A stretch of DNA of 51,580 bases from Candidatus Sysuimicrobiota bacterium CSP1-3 (GTDB taxonomy: Bacteria; Sysuimicrobiota; Sysuimicrobiia; Sysuimicrobiales; Humicultoraceae). The stretch is from contig LDXQ01000005.1 in assembly GCA_001443485.1 (NCBI GenBank), positions 1 to 51,580 of the forward strand, in the 5' to 3' direction. Below the pieces are notes generated by a model. That model did not search any database and was not told the origin of the DNA. It saw nothing but the letters and a program-made list of their open reading frames with translations. Of this stretch, positions 16,382 through 26,132 are shown in pieces; within the stretch, counting starts at the first letter, position 1, and every line of letters begins with the position of its first letter. Made by a program: the position numbers and the translations under genes.

Positions 16382-17794
16382 GTGAGCACGCATGCGTCCG
16401 ACACCGAAGCGTTGGTGCAGTTCATCGCCACCACGCGCCTGGAACGCCTCAGTGCGGGGGTCGTCGAGCAGGCGAACCGCTGCGTGCTGGACGCCGTGGG
16501 GTGCGCGGTCGCCGGGTCTGTCACCGACATCGGCGTGCGGATCGGGGACTTGGTGGTGAGTGCGGGTGGCGCGCCGGAGGCCACCGTGCTCGGCCGGCGA
16601 GGGATCCGCGTCCCTGCGTCAGCGGCGGCGCTGGCCAATGGCACGGCGACCAATGCGCTTGATTTCGACGACACGCTGCTCGGGCATCCAGGGGCGACGG
16701 TCATCCCGACCGTCCTTGCCCTGGCCGAGGCTTCACAGAATCCGGGGGCGGCGATGCTGGCCGCCGTCGTTGTCGGGTATGAAGTTTGCGCGCGGCTCGT
16801 TGCCTGCCTCTCACCTGTGGGCGGGCGGTTCACGCGCATTTGGGACACCGCCACGCTGCAGACCTTCGGAGCCGCATCCGCGGCTGCATCGCTGCTCGGG
16901 CTCGCGGAGTCCCAGATCCACGCAGCCCTGGGCATCGCCGCCGCCACCGCGCCGCTGGTACGCGTGCGAAAGTCCGTGCAGCACACCACCCATCGGCCGA
17001 TGCTAAAGTCGGCCTGGGGATGGGCGGCAGAGGCGGGGGTGCGGGCGGCCCTGCTGGCTCGCGCCGGGGTCACCGCGCAGGCACACGTCCTCGACGGCGA
17101 CCTTCCGGTCTGGGAACGCGAGGCGGCGCCGCCGTTCGGACTGCGCAGCCTCACCGACCGGTTGGGGGAGAGCTTCCTCATCGAACAGCTCGAGTTCAAA
17201 CCGTATCCCTGCTGCCGGTTCATCCACCCGGTCCTGGACGCGTTGCGGGAGGCCGTCGGGGACGGGCGCATCCCCACCGCTGAGATCGCCGAGGTGCGGA
17301 TCGCGACGTTCGCGCTGCTCGGCGATCCCTATCACACGGCCGTTCCGCCGACGAGCGTCTCCGACGCGCAGTTCAGCACGCCGTTCTGCGCTGCGGCGCT
17401 GCTGGCGGATGGCGGGCTGCGGCCGCACCGCTTCACGCCGGACGGCATCCGGGATCCGGCCGTAACCGCGCTGGCGGGACGGGTGAAGATCACGCGAGCA
17501 GAGGAATACGAGCGCCGGTTTCCCCGGCAGTTCGGTGCCGCGGTGCGGGTGATCACCACGGACGGCCGCCGGGCGGAGGCGCGGGTCGATCATCCGCGCG
17601 GCGGACCGGACCGCCCCCTGTCCACGACGGAGCTCGTCGACAAGTTCCAGACGCTGGCGACACAGCGCTATCCAGAAGACGACGCCACGGCTTTTGCGCG
17701 GCGGGCGCTCGCGCTGGAACGCGAGCCCGACGTCCGCAGGCTGGTCGATGGCCTGGCGTCATCGGAGCGAATTTCGACACCAAGCAGGAGGTGA
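16382..17794 (+). CDS. MmgE/PrpD-family protein (2-methylcitrate-dehydratase-like fold).
   Basis: '...LDAVGCAVAGS...ANGTATNALDFDDT...HPGATVIP' is typical of PrpD-family proteins. I prefer GTG 16382, just after the iclR stop, over the ATG at 16337. Confidence 0.75.
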   Translation: MSTHASDTEALVQFIATTRLERLSAGVVEQANRCVLDAVGCAVAGSVTDIGVRIGDLVVSAGGAPEATVLGRRGIRVPASAAALANGTATNALDFDDTLLGHPGATVIPTVLALAEASQNPGAAMLAAVVVGYEVCARLVACLSPVGGRFTRIWDTATLQTFGAASAAASLLGLAESQIHAALGIAAATAPLVRVRKSVQHTTHRPMLKSAWGWAAEAGVRAALLARAGVTAQAHVLDGDLPVWEREAAPPFGLRSLTDRLGESFLIEQLEFKPYPCCRFIHPVLDALREAVGDGRIPTAEIAEVRIATFALLGDPYHTAVPPTSVSDAQFSTPFCAAALLADGGLRPHRFTPDGIRDPAVTALAGRVKITRAEEYERRFPRQFGAAVRVITTDGRRAEARVDHPRGGPDRPLSTTELVDKFQTLATQRYPEDDATAFARRALALEREPDVRRLVDGLASSERISTPSRR

Positions 17795-17799
17795 GAGAT

Positions 17800-19461
17800 A
17801 TGAGGCATGACACGAGGGTATGGGCCCGCGGGATGGCGATCCTGCTGGCCGCGGCACTGGTGCTTGCCGTCTCGGGAGGGGCGATCGGGGCGCCCGCGCC
17901 CGCCAGCCGCTCGCCCGTGAAGGTGCTGCTCGTCGCCCCGGCGGTGACCTACGACCCACTGCGTTGGGAGAGCACGTTGCTAGCGGCCAACGCCTGGAAG
18001 CAGCTGGGGATTGACGTGGAGGTTCGGCCGTTTGCGGACTTTGCGTCACTGACCGCACGCCATTCCAGGGAGCCGTTTGACTTCGATGCCTTCGTCTCCG
18101 GATACGTCGGACGGCCGGAGCGGCTCGATCCCGACGCCCTGCTGTACGGGCCGTTCCACAGCAAGGGCATCTTCGACAACGGGCCGAACTACTTCGGCTA
18201 CGCGAATCCGGAATACGACCGCATCGTCGAGTCCCAGCGCAAGACGGTGGACCTCAAGCAACGCCAGGCCCTGGTGTACAAGGCTCAGGAAATCCTGGCC
18301 AAGGATGCACCGGAGATCACGTTGTTCCACCGCCAGGAGATGTTCGCGTACAACACCAGGCGTTTCACCGGCATGGTGCCCATGGTGGGGCGCGGGCTGT
18401 GGAACCCCTGGACGGTGCTGGAGGCGAAACCGATTGGGAGCGACAAGACCTTCCGCATGGGCTGGGCGACCGACATTGACGGCACCAACCCGCTCAGCAT
18501 CACTAGCGCGGTCGAGTCCCTGCGGCTGGTCTACGACTTCCTGGCGCGCGTCGACAAGGACGGCCAGCCGATTCCCTGGGCGGCGGAGTCCTGGCGAAAG
18601 GTCACCGACACCCAGGTCGACGTCACCCTGCGCCAGGGGATGACCTTCCACGACGGCCGGCCCGTCACCGTGGAGGACGTGGTATTCAGCTTCGAGTTCA
18701 TCCGGCAGAATGGGACGGCCCCGTACTTCAGCGGGGCCCTGGAGCCCATCAGGAGCGTGCGCGCCGTCAACGACCGCGTCATCCGCTTCGTGCTGCACTA
18801 CCCGTACCCGCCGCTGCTCATGGTGACCTTCACCCAGATCCCTATCCTGCCAAAGCACATCTGGCAGGATGTGGTGAGCCGGGAACGGGTGGAGACGCCG
18901 GCGAAGTGGAACAACCCGAACCCCATCGGCAGCGGACCTTATCAGTTCGGCCACTGGCGGCGCGGCGAGGAGCTGCTACTGCGGCGGTATGCGCGGCACT
19001 TCCATCCCCCACAGGCCGGGGCGTTCCTGGCGGTGAAGTACGCCAGTGCCGATGCTGTGTTCCAGGCCATCGTCAAGGGCGAGGTGGACATCCCCGACCG
19101 CAGCATCACTTCGCTGCAGATCGAGGAGGCGAAGCGGGCGAGCAACGTGAAGCTGGTCTCGCTGCCGGACTTCGGGGTATTCTACATGGGCTTCAACCTG
19201 CGCCGGCCGCCGTTCAACAACCCGAAGTTCCGCGACGCGATCAAGCACACCTATGACTGGAAGACGATCGTGGAAGCGGCACTGGGCGGGTTCGGCCAGC
19301 CGGGCACTGGCATGATCGCGCTGGTGAACAAGTTCTGGCACAACCCGGCGTGGGAGCAGTGGCTGAAGACAGACTACAGGTTCGATCTGGCGCTGGCGCG
19401 GCAGATGCTGCAGCAGGCAGGATACACCTGGGACGCCCAGGGCCGGCTGCTGCATCCATAG
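17800..19461 (+). CDS. ABC substrate-binding protein, family 5 (peptide/opine/nickel type).
   Basis: It has AGGAGG upstream, a signal peptide, a length of about 550 aa and the downstream DppBCDF-type genes. Confidence 0.8.
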   Translation: MRHDTRVWARGMAILLAAALVLAVSGGAIGAPAPASRSPVKVLLVAPAVTYDPLRWESTLLAANAWKQLGIDVEVRPFADFASLTARHSREPFDFDAFVSGYVGRPERLDPDALLYGPFHSKGIFDNGPNYFGYANPEYDRIVESQRKTVDLKQRQALVYKAQEILAKDAPEITLFHRQEMFAYNTRRFTGMVPMVGRGLWNPWTVLEAKPIGSDKTFRMGWATDIDGTNPLSITSAVESLRLVYDFLARVDKDGQPIPWAAESWRKVTDTQVDVTLRQGMTFHDGRPVTVEDVVFSFEFIRQNGTAPYFSGALEPIRSVRAVNDRVIRFVLHYPYPPLLMVTFTQIPILPKHIWQDVVSRERVETPAKWNNPNPIGSGPYQFGHWRRGEELLLRRYARHFHPPQAGAFLAVKYASADAVFQAIVKGEVDIPDRSITSLQIEEAKRASNVKLVSLPDFGVFYMGFNLRRPPFNNPKFRDAIKHTYDWKTIVEAALGGFGQPGTGMIALVNKFWHNPAWEQWLKTDYRFDLALARQMLQQAGYTWDAQGRLLHP

Positions 19462-19468
19462 AGATGTC

Positions 19469-20146
19469 ATGCCGCACCTGAGCTATTTCGTCCCGACGTC
19501 TGGCTATGATCCTCAGGAGCGCGAGCGGCGGCTGGCGGTGATGCGGCCGCTGCTCGCGCCGGGGTTTACCATCGACATGCTGACGCTGAGCAACACACCG
19601 GAGTTCCTGGATCAGGCCGCGGACTTCGACGCCGCCGGCCGTGCGGCCCGCGCGGCCCTGGGTGCGGTGGGCCCCGACATCTGCGATGTCATCATCTCCG
19701 GCGGGGCGCTGGATCCGGGATTACGCGAACTGCGGGCGGCGGCGCGCGTCCCCATCGTCGGGCCGGGAGAGGTGTCGCTGTTCCTGGCCCGCCTCCTTGG
19801 ACGGCGGTTGAGCATCGTCACCGTGGACGAACACGCGGTGGCCGCAGCGAAACAGATGGTGGCGGAGATGAAGGACCGGCCGGAGGTGGTCTCCATCCGC
19901 TCTATGGCGACCCCGGTGCGGCAGATCGTCGCCGATCTGGAGCGCGGCCGGCAGGCCCTGCGCCGGGAAGCCACCGCCGCCGTGCAGGAGGACGGCGCCG
20001 ACGTGCTGTACCTCGGCTCCATGACCCTGCCCACGCTGGGGATCACTGAAGAACTGCAGCGCACGCTGCGGGTCCCGGTCATCGATCCGCTCGCCGTCGC
20101 GCTGCACGCCGCACAGGCCGTCGCGTTGGCGCTGCCGCCTCGCTAG
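19469..20146 (+). CDS. Asp/Glu/hydantoin racemase family protein.
   Basis: It is about 225 aa. 'VIISGGALDPGL...VPIVGPGE' and 'LYLGSMTL' match the PF01177-type two-lobe pattern. Confidence 0.65.
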   Translation: MPHLSYFVPTSGYDPQERERRLAVMRPLLAPGFTIDMLTLSNTPEFLDQAADFDAAGRAARAALGAVGPDICDVIISGGALDPGLRELRAAARVPIVGPGEVSLFLARLLGRRLSIVTVDEHAVAAAKQMVAEMKDRPEVVSIRSMATPVRQIVADLERGRQALRREATAAVQEDGADVLYLGSMTLPTLGITEELQRTLRVPVIDPLAVALHAAQAVALALPPR

Positions 20147-20206
20147 CCGGGCTTGTGGGGCTGGCGGGCGGGCCGGCGCGGATCACACACGGCAGAGGGG
20201 AGACGC

Positions 20207-21181
20207 GTGCGGGTCCGATATCTGCTTCGGCGCATCCTGCAGCTCGCTCTGACGATGTGGCTCGTCGCGACGATCGTCTTCCTCATGTTCCGCCTCATCC
20301 CTGGCGACCCGACGAGCACCCTCGTCGATCCCACGTTTCCGGCCAGCCTGCGCGCCGAGATCCTGCACCGGTTCGGGCTGGACCGGCCCCTGCATGAGCA
20401 ATACCTGACCTACCTGGCACGCGCGGTGCGCGGCGATTTCGGCTGGTCGTTCTACTACAACAGCCCGGTAGTGGAGATCGTCGGCGACATGATCATCAAC
20501 ACCCTGCTCCTGGCGCTGGCGACGTTCTTCCTCACCTACCTGTTTGGCATCCTGGGGGGCGTCGTACTCGCCTGGAAGCATGGTACGCCGGTGGATAGTG
20601 TGGGCTCGCTCGTGCCGCTGGTGTTCCGCGCCGCGCCGGTATTTTGGACGGGGATGCTGTTCCTGATGGTGTTCTCGTACCGCCTGGATTGGTTCCCGCA
20701 CGCCGGGATCCGCACCGCGGGCTACGCGGCCACGAACCTGTTCCAGAAGTACGTCAGTCTCGACTTCCTGTGGCACCTGCTGCTGCCGGCGGTCGTCTCC
20801 ACCCTCTACTACATGGGGCTGCCGATGCTGCTGGTGCGGAACGCCATGCTGGAGAACTTTGGCGAGGAGTACGTGGAGTTCGCCCGCGCGCGGGGGATGT
20901 CCGAGGCGCGCGTGATGTTCCGCCACGTGCTGCGCAACGCGCTGCTGCCCGTGGTCACCTCCGCTGCCGTCTTCCTGGGCCTCGCCCTGGGCGGACAGAT
21001 CGTGGTGGAGTACACGTTCTCCTGGCCGGGACTGGGCCGGGAGATCGTCATGGCCACCCAACGGCGGGACTACCCAGTGGCGCAGGCGATGTTCCTGCTG
21101 CTGGCTGTGGGCGTGGGCTTGATGAACCTGCTGGCGGACATGGTCTACGGCTACCTCGATCCGCGCGTGAGGCTGCAGTGA
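20207..21181 (+). CDS. ABC permease (DppB/OppB-like).
   Basis: The GTG start gives 'VRVRYLLRRILQL...', the canonical DppB N-terminus. It is a multi-TM protein. Confidence 0.8.
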   Translation: MRVRYLLRRILQLALTMWLVATIVFLMFRLIPGDPTSTLVDPTFPASLRAEILHRFGLDRPLHEQYLTYLARAVRGDFGWSFYYNSPVVEIVGDMIINTLLLALATFFLTYLFGILGGVVLAWKHGTPVDSVGSLVPLVFRAAPVFWTGMLFLMVFSYRLDWFPHAGIRTAGYAATNLFQKYVSLDFLWHLLLPAVVSTLYYMGLPMLLVRNAMLENFGEEYVEFARARGMSEARVMFRHVLRNALLPVVTSAAVFLGLALGGQIVVEYTFSWPGLGREIVMATQRRDYPVAQAMFLLLAVGVGLMNLLADMVYGYLDPRVRLQ

Positions 21182-22098
21182 GCCGCAACCTCAGTGAAGG
21201 TTTGACGCTGGCCGCGGCGACGGGCCCATCATGGCGGACGCGCCTGGGCATCCTCCGGCGGATCCTCTTCCGGGATCTGTCCACGGCGGTGGGGATCACC
21301 GTGATTGTGCTCTTCGTGCTGGTGGCGCTGCTGGCGCCGGTGCTGATGACGGACGACCCATGGGCGATCAACCGCCGACCCAACGGGACTATCGCCCGGC
21401 TCGACCCGCCTTCGCGCGCACACTGGCTGGGCACGACCGACCTCGGTCGGGACATCTACAGCCAGGTAGTGGTAGGCAGCCGCGCGGCGCTGTTGGTCGG
21501 CTTCCTGGCCGCGCTGATGACCACCGTGGTTGGCACCAGTGTGGCGGTCATCGCCGGCTACTTCGGCGGGTGGGTGGACGACCTGCTGATGCGCGTGGTC
21601 GACTTCGCTTACGCCGTGCCCTTCGTGCCGTTCGTGATCATTCTCGTCTCGCTACTGAAGCCGTCACTCGCGAACGTCATCATCGCCATCGCCCTGCTGT
21701 ACTGGCGCTCGTCGGCACGCGTCATCCGCGCCCAGGTTCTCTCCCTGAGGGAGCGGCCCTACATCAAGGCGGCGCGCGTGGCCGGGGCGGGACCGTGGCG
21801 CATCATCTACCATCACATCACGCCCAACATCCTGCCGCTGGCGATGCTCTACATGGCGATCGGTGTGGGGTGGGCGATCATCACCGAGTCCAGCGTGAGC
21901 TTCCTCGGCCTGGGTGACCCACTGGTGATCAGCTGGGGCAGCATGCTGAACCTGGCGTTCACCACCGGGGCCATGCAGCGCGCCTGGTGGTGGGTGCTGC
22001 CGCCGGGGTTCAGCATCATCCTGCTCGTCGTCGCCACGTTCCTGGTGGGACGCAGCGTCGAGGAGTACGCCAACCCCCGGCTGCGGGGTGAGGTCTGA
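21178..22098 (+). CDS. ABC permease (DppC/OppC-like).
   Basis: GTG 21178 overlaps the upstream stop. The upstream 178 codons of track ORF 20644..22098 overlap dppB out of frame and are not coding. Confidence 0.8.
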   Translation: MSRNLSEGLTLAAATGPSWRTRLGILRRILFRDLSTAVGITVIVLFVLVALLAPVLMTDDPWAINRRPNGTIARLDPPSRAHWLGTTDLGRDIYSQVVVGSRAALLVGFLAALMTTVVGTSVAVIAGYFGGWVDDLLMRVVDFAYAVPFVPFVIILVSLLKPSLANVIIAIALLYWRSSARVIRAQVLSLRERPYIKAARVAGAGPWRIIYHHITPNILPLAMLYMAIGVGWAIITESSVSFLGLGDPLVISWGSMLNLAFTTGAMQRAWWWVLPPGFSIILLVVATFLVGRSVEEYANPRLRGEV

Positions 22099-23117
22099 TG
22101 CTGCTGCAGATCGAGGATCTCGTGGTCTCCTACCGCACCCGCGCCGGGCTGGTGCGGGCGGTGGACGGCGTGAGCCTTTCCATCGCGGCGGGACAGTCGG
22201 TCGGGCTGGTCGGGGAATCGGGGTGCGGCAAGACCACCGTCACCCGCGCGCTGCTGCGCATCCTGCCGCCAAATGGCTTCATCGAGCGCGGCCGCGTGCT
22301 GCTGGAGGGCGTCGATCTGACGAGGCTGTCCGCCTCGGAGATGCGCCGGGTCCGCTGGCGGCGGATCGCCATGGTGCCGCAGAGTGCCATGAATGCCCTG
22401 AACCCGGTGCTGCGGGTGGGAGATCAACTCGTGGAGACGATCCGCATCCACGAGCACGTCGACGCCGCGGCAGCGTGGCGCCGCGCAGAGGACCTGTTCG
22501 AGCGCGTCGGGATCGAACGCCGCCGGCTGTACGACTACCCGCACCAGTTCAGCGGGGGGATGCGGCAGCGCGTGGCGATCGCGATGGCCATTGCGCTGCA
22601 GCCGGCCCTGCTCATCGCCGACGAACCCACCACCGCGCTCGACGTGCTGGTGCAGGACCGCATTCTGAACCTGCTGGAGCAGCTGCGGGCGGACCTGGGC
22701 CTGGCCTTCCTCTATATTACGCACGACGTGCCGGTGGTCGCGGAACTGTGCGACGCCGTGGCGGTGATGTACGCGGGCAAGATCGTGGAGTTCGGACCGC
22801 TGGCGCAGGTCTTCGGCAGCCCGTCGCATCCATACACGATGGGGCTGCTGCGGGCCTCGCCGAAACCCGCCGCCGAGCAGAGTGAACTGATCTCCATCCC
22901 CGGAGCGCCGCCGAACCTGGTGGCCCCGCCCCGTGGCTGCCGGTTTGCGGAACGCTGCCCGTTCGCCGACGATCGCTGCCACCTGGCCGAACCGCCCCTC
23001 GAGGCGGTGGCGCCGGGGCATCTCGCCGCCTGCCACTTCGCCGCCGACGCCCCACGCATGCGTCAGACCATGGCCACAGGCGACGCCTGGGCCCGCGCCT
23101 TCGCCGGGACGCCATGA
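22098..23117 (+). CDS. Oligo/dipeptide ABC ATP-binding protein (DppD/OppD-like).
   Basis: Walker A 'GESGCGKTT' and signature 'FSGGMRQR' are present, with a C-terminal Cys-rich oligopeptide-ABC tail. Confidence 0.85.
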   Translation: MLLQIEDLVVSYRTRAGLVRAVDGVSLSIAAGQSVGLVGESGCGKTTVTRALLRILPPNGFIERGRVLLEGVDLTRLSASEMRRVRWRRIAMVPQSAMNALNPVLRVGDQLVETIRIHEHVDAAAAWRRAEDLFERVGIERRRLYDYPHQFSGGMRQRVAIAMAIALQPALLIADEPTTALDVLVQDRILNLLEQLRADLGLAFLYITHDVPVVAELCDAVAVMYAGKIVEFGPLAQVFGSPSHPYTMGLLRASPKPAAEQSELISIPGAPPNLVAPPRGCRFAERCPFADDRCHLAEPPLEAVAPGHLAACHFAADAPRMRQTMATGDAWARAFAGTP

Positions 23118-24127
23118 ATCCCATCGTCGTGTTCGACGCGGTGACCAGGATCTTCCAGGTGCGCGGGTCCACGGAGGCCGGGACCGCGCCGGGGGCACGG
23201 ATCGTGCAGGCCCTCGACCGCGTCTCGTTTGCCGTGCGGGAGGGCGAGATCCTCGGCCTGGCGGGGGAGAGCGGCTCGGGCAAGAGCACGATCGCGGAAC
23301 TGATGGCCGCCCTGCAGACGCCCACCAACGGACGCGTGCTGTTCAACGGAGAGGACCTCGCCGGGCTGCGCGGGGCGGGCCGCCGGGAGTTCCACCGCCG
23401 CGTGCAGATGATCTTCCAGGATCCGTACGAGAGCATCAACCCGCAGCACCTGATCCGCTGGTGGGTGGAAGAACCGCTGGAGATCCACGGGATCGGCGCG
23501 CGCGCCGACCGCCTGGAGCGGGTGCGGCGGGCGCTGGCGCAGGCGGAGCTGCGTCCGCCCGACGCGTTCCTGAACCGGTACCCCCACCAGCTCAGCGGGG
23601 GGCAGCGGCAGCGCGTGGCCATCGCCCGGGCTATCGTGCTGGAGCCGAGCCTGCTGGTGGCCGACGAGCCGGTGTCGATGCTCGATGTCTCGGTGCGGGC
23701 CGGCATCCTGCGGCTGCTCCGGCGGCTCCGCGATGAGTTGGACCTGACGATCCTCTACATCTCGCACGATCTGTCCACCGTTCGCTACATTGCCGACCGC
23801 GTGGCCATCCTCTACCAGGGGAAGCTGGTGGAGATCGGCGGCACCGACGCGGTGATGCGCACGCCGCTGCACCCGTACACGCAGGCGCTCATGTCCGCCG
23901 TGCCGACGCTGGTGGTGGCGGGACCGCGGCGCCCGCGGGTGCTGCTCCCGGCCGGGAACGGATCGGCGGCCACCACGCCCTCGTGCCGGTTCGCCGCGCG
24001 CTGCCCGCATGCCATGAACGTCTGCCGGCAGCGCGAGCCCCTGCTCGTGGAACTGGCGCCCGGCCATGCCGTCGCCTGCTTCCTCCACTCGGAGGCCGCG
24101 GTGCCGCAGCCGGGCGGACGGGCGTGA
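23114..24127 (+). CDS. Oligo/dipeptide ABC ATP-binding protein (DppF/OppF-like).
   Basis: Walker A 'GESGSGKST' and signature 'LSGGQRQR' are present, with the C-terminal 'CRFAARCP' tail. Confidence 0.85.
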   Translation: MNPIVVFDAVTRIFQVRGSTEAGTAPGARIVQALDRVSFAVREGEILGLAGESGSGKSTIAELMAALQTPTNGRVLFNGEDLAGLRGAGRREFHRRVQMIFQDPYESINPQHLIRWWVEEPLEIHGIGARADRLERVRRALAQAELRPPDAFLNRYPHQLSGGQRQRVAIARAIVLEPSLLVADEPVSMLDVSVRAGILRLLRRLRDELDLTILYISHDLSTVRYIADRVAILYQGKLVEIGGTDAVMRTPLHPYTQALMSAVPTLVVAGPRRPRVLLPAGNGSAATTPSCRFAARCPHAMNVCRQREPLLVELAPGHAVACFLHSEAAVPQPGGRA

Positions 24128-24132
24128 GCGAG

Positions 24133-25056
24133 ATGAAGTTCGGGATCAAACTCCCCAACTGCGCGGGCGTCATCTGCGATCCCGACCTGGCGCGTCCCGA
24201 GCACATCGACGCCATCGCGAAGACGGCGGAGGCGCTGGGGTACGATTCCGTCTGGCTGCATGACCATCTGGCGACGCCGGATGAGTTGCGGCCGCTGTCC
24301 CAGCCCGACTTCTACGAGCCGCTGATGGTGATGGGCCGTCTCGCCGCGCTCACCTCCCGCCTCCGCCTGGGGGTGGCCACGGTCATCCTGCCGCTGCGCG
24401 ACCCGGTGCTAGTTGCGAAGCAGGTCGCTACCGTGGACGGCTTCGCGCCGGGCCGCGTCATTCTGGGCGTGGGAGCCGGGCGCTACGAAGACGAGTTCCT
24501 GTCCCTGGGCAGCGACGCCTATCCGGCGCGTGGCAGGATCACCGATGAGTACATCCGGATCATCCGCGCGCTGTGGCGCGACGATGAGGTCACCTTCAGC
24601 GGCACGTACCGCACGCTGGCGCGGGCCAAGGTCTACCCCAAGCCACAGACGCCCCCGCCCATCTGGATTGGGGGCAACTCTGAGGCGGCCATCCGCCGCG
24701 CCGCGCGCGTGGGCGACGGATGGGTGCCGGCCGCGCTCACCGTGGAGGAGGTGGCCGCCGGACGCCGGCAGCTGGAGGAGACCGCGCGCCGGCACGACAG
24801 AGATCCTGGCCGCCTGGAGATCGGTCTGTCGCTGACCGTGGAACTGACGCGCCCCGGCCGGGAGACCGCGCGGTCCCTGCACGGTCATCCCAGCAGCAAG
24901 CGCGTCGCTGGCGAACCCGAGCAGGTCATCGAACGGCTGCAGGAGTACGGCGGGGCTGGCGTGTCCACCTTCCTCCTCTCGTTCAGCGCCCGCGACGTCG
25001 CAGAAACCGTCGAGCACATGGCGGCGTTCGCCGAGCAGATTGTCCAACTCCAGTGA
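24133..25056 (+). CDS. LLM-class (luciferase-like) flavin/F420-dependent oxidoreductase, copy 1.
   Basis: 'MKFGIKLPN...GYDSVWLHDHL' and the rest of the fold are typical of luciferase-like monooxygenase proteins. Confidence 0.75.
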   Translation: MKFGIKLPNCAGVICDPDLARPEHIDAIAKTAEALGYDSVWLHDHLATPDELRPLSQPDFYEPLMVMGRLAALTSRLRLGVATVILPLRDPVLVAKQVATVDGFAPGRVILGVGAGRYEDEFLSLGSDAYPARGRITDEYIRIIRALWRDDEVTFSGTYRTLARAKVYPKPQTPPPIWIGGNSEAAIRRAARVGDGWVPAALTVEEVAAGRRQLEETARRHDRDPGRLEIGLSLTVELTRPGRETARSLHGHPSSKRVAGEPEQVIERLQEYGGAGVSTFLLSFSARDVAETVEHMAAFAEQIVQLQ

Positions 25057-25072
25057 GAAGGAGCGTCCTGCC

Positions 25073-26104
25073 ATGACAACTCTGACCGCGGAGGCCACCG
25101 CGCTGCACCGGGAGGCCATCATCATTGACGGCCGGGATCCCACCCACCTCATGTACCGCCTGACCTATGACGAGAAGCCCGTCTATCTCGATGTGCTGCG
25201 CGAGGGTGGTGTGACGGCGCCCGTCGTCGACGCGGTCTGGATCGAGGACGACTTCACCGAGGCCGCCAGAGGACTGGCTTCCTGGCACCGCCGCGCCGTC
25301 GCGAGCAACGGGCGGGCGCGGATCGCGCTGCGCAGCGAGGACATCCGCGCGGCCAAGGCGGCGGGGCTGATCGCGTTCGTGCTGAGCGCCCAGTCTTCGG
25401 CGGCCGTGGAAGGGGATTTCTCGCTCGTGGAGATGCTGCAGCGGATGGGCCTGCGCGTGATGCAGCTGACCTACCAGCACCGCAGCTTGGCCGGAGACGG
25501 GTGTGGGGAGGCCACAGACGGGGGACTGAGCCGGTTCGGACAGGACCTCGTCAGGGAGATGTGCCGCGTGGGGATCGTCGTGGACCTCTCGCACGCCAGC
25601 GACCGCACCGTGTTGGAGGCCGCGGAGGCGGCCACGAAACCGGTCATCCTGTCCCACACCAACGCTCGGGCCCTGTGCGACACGCGGCGCAACGCCAGCG
25701 ACGCGATGATCCGTGCCGTGGCCGCCACGGGCGGGGTCATCGGGGTGTCCGCGTACTCTGACATCATCGTGCCCAAGGGTGGCACAACCGGGACGACGAT
25801 CGAACAGATGCTGTCCCACGTTGATTACCTTTGTGGTCTGGTCGGCGAGGACCACGTGGCCATCGGCCTGGACATCGGAGAGGGCCGAAACGAGCTGGAG
25901 GTCGGCATCCTGCACGCGCGCATCCCGGGACTAGGTGCGGGTCCTAAGTACCGCTACGTCGGTGAACTGACCTCGCGCGCCAATCTGCCGGCGCTCACCG
26001 CGGCGATGGCGGCCAGAGGCTACGCGCCGGCGCGCATCAGGAAGGTGCTCGGGCTCAACTTCCTGCGGGTCTTCGAGACTGTCTGGGTGGGGGCGGAGCG
26101 GTGA
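25073..26104 (+). CDS. M19 (renal/membrane dipeptidase) family protein.
   Basis: 'VDLSHASDRT', 'PVILSHTNARALCDTRRNASD' and 'GGVIGV' match the M19 core. The N-terminal motif reads 'IIDGRDP' instead of the usual DGH-x-D. Confidence 0.7.
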   Translation: MTTLTAEATALHREAIIIDGRDPTHLMYRLTYDEKPVYLDVLREGGVTAPVVDAVWIEDDFTEAARGLASWHRRAVASNGRARIALRSEDIRAAKAAGLIAFVLSAQSSAAVEGDFSLVEMLQRMGLRVMQLTYQHRSLAGDGCGEATDGGLSRFGQDLVREMCRVGIVVDLSHASDRTVLEAAEAATKPVILSHTNARALCDTRRNASDAMIRAVAATGGVIGVSAYSDIIVPKGGTTGTTIEQMLSHVDYLCGLVGEDHVAIGLDIGEGRNELEVGILHARIPGLGAGPKYRYVGELTSRANLPALTAAMAARGYAPARIRKVLGLNFLRVFETVWVGAER

Positions 26105-26132
26105 CACCGCCCGCCGGCCGGGCAGGGGCACG

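Noticed and set aside
20644-21177. The N-terminal 178 codons of track ORF 20644..22098, which would give a 484-aa protein.
   Set aside because: This part overlaps the DppB-like permease in another frame and translates to Pro/Arg-rich nonsense. The DppC-like gene starts at GTG 21178, coupled to the dppB stop.
18046-25915. Long shadow ORFs over the Dpp/LLM region: 18046..18954(-), 20183..21061(-), 21849..23198(-), 22717..23706(-), 23063..24088(-), 24409..25152(-) and 24983..25915(-).
   Set aside because: The reason is the same. They have no motifs and a biased composition. They fully overlap ABC-transporter and enzyme genes that carry Walker and signature motifs.
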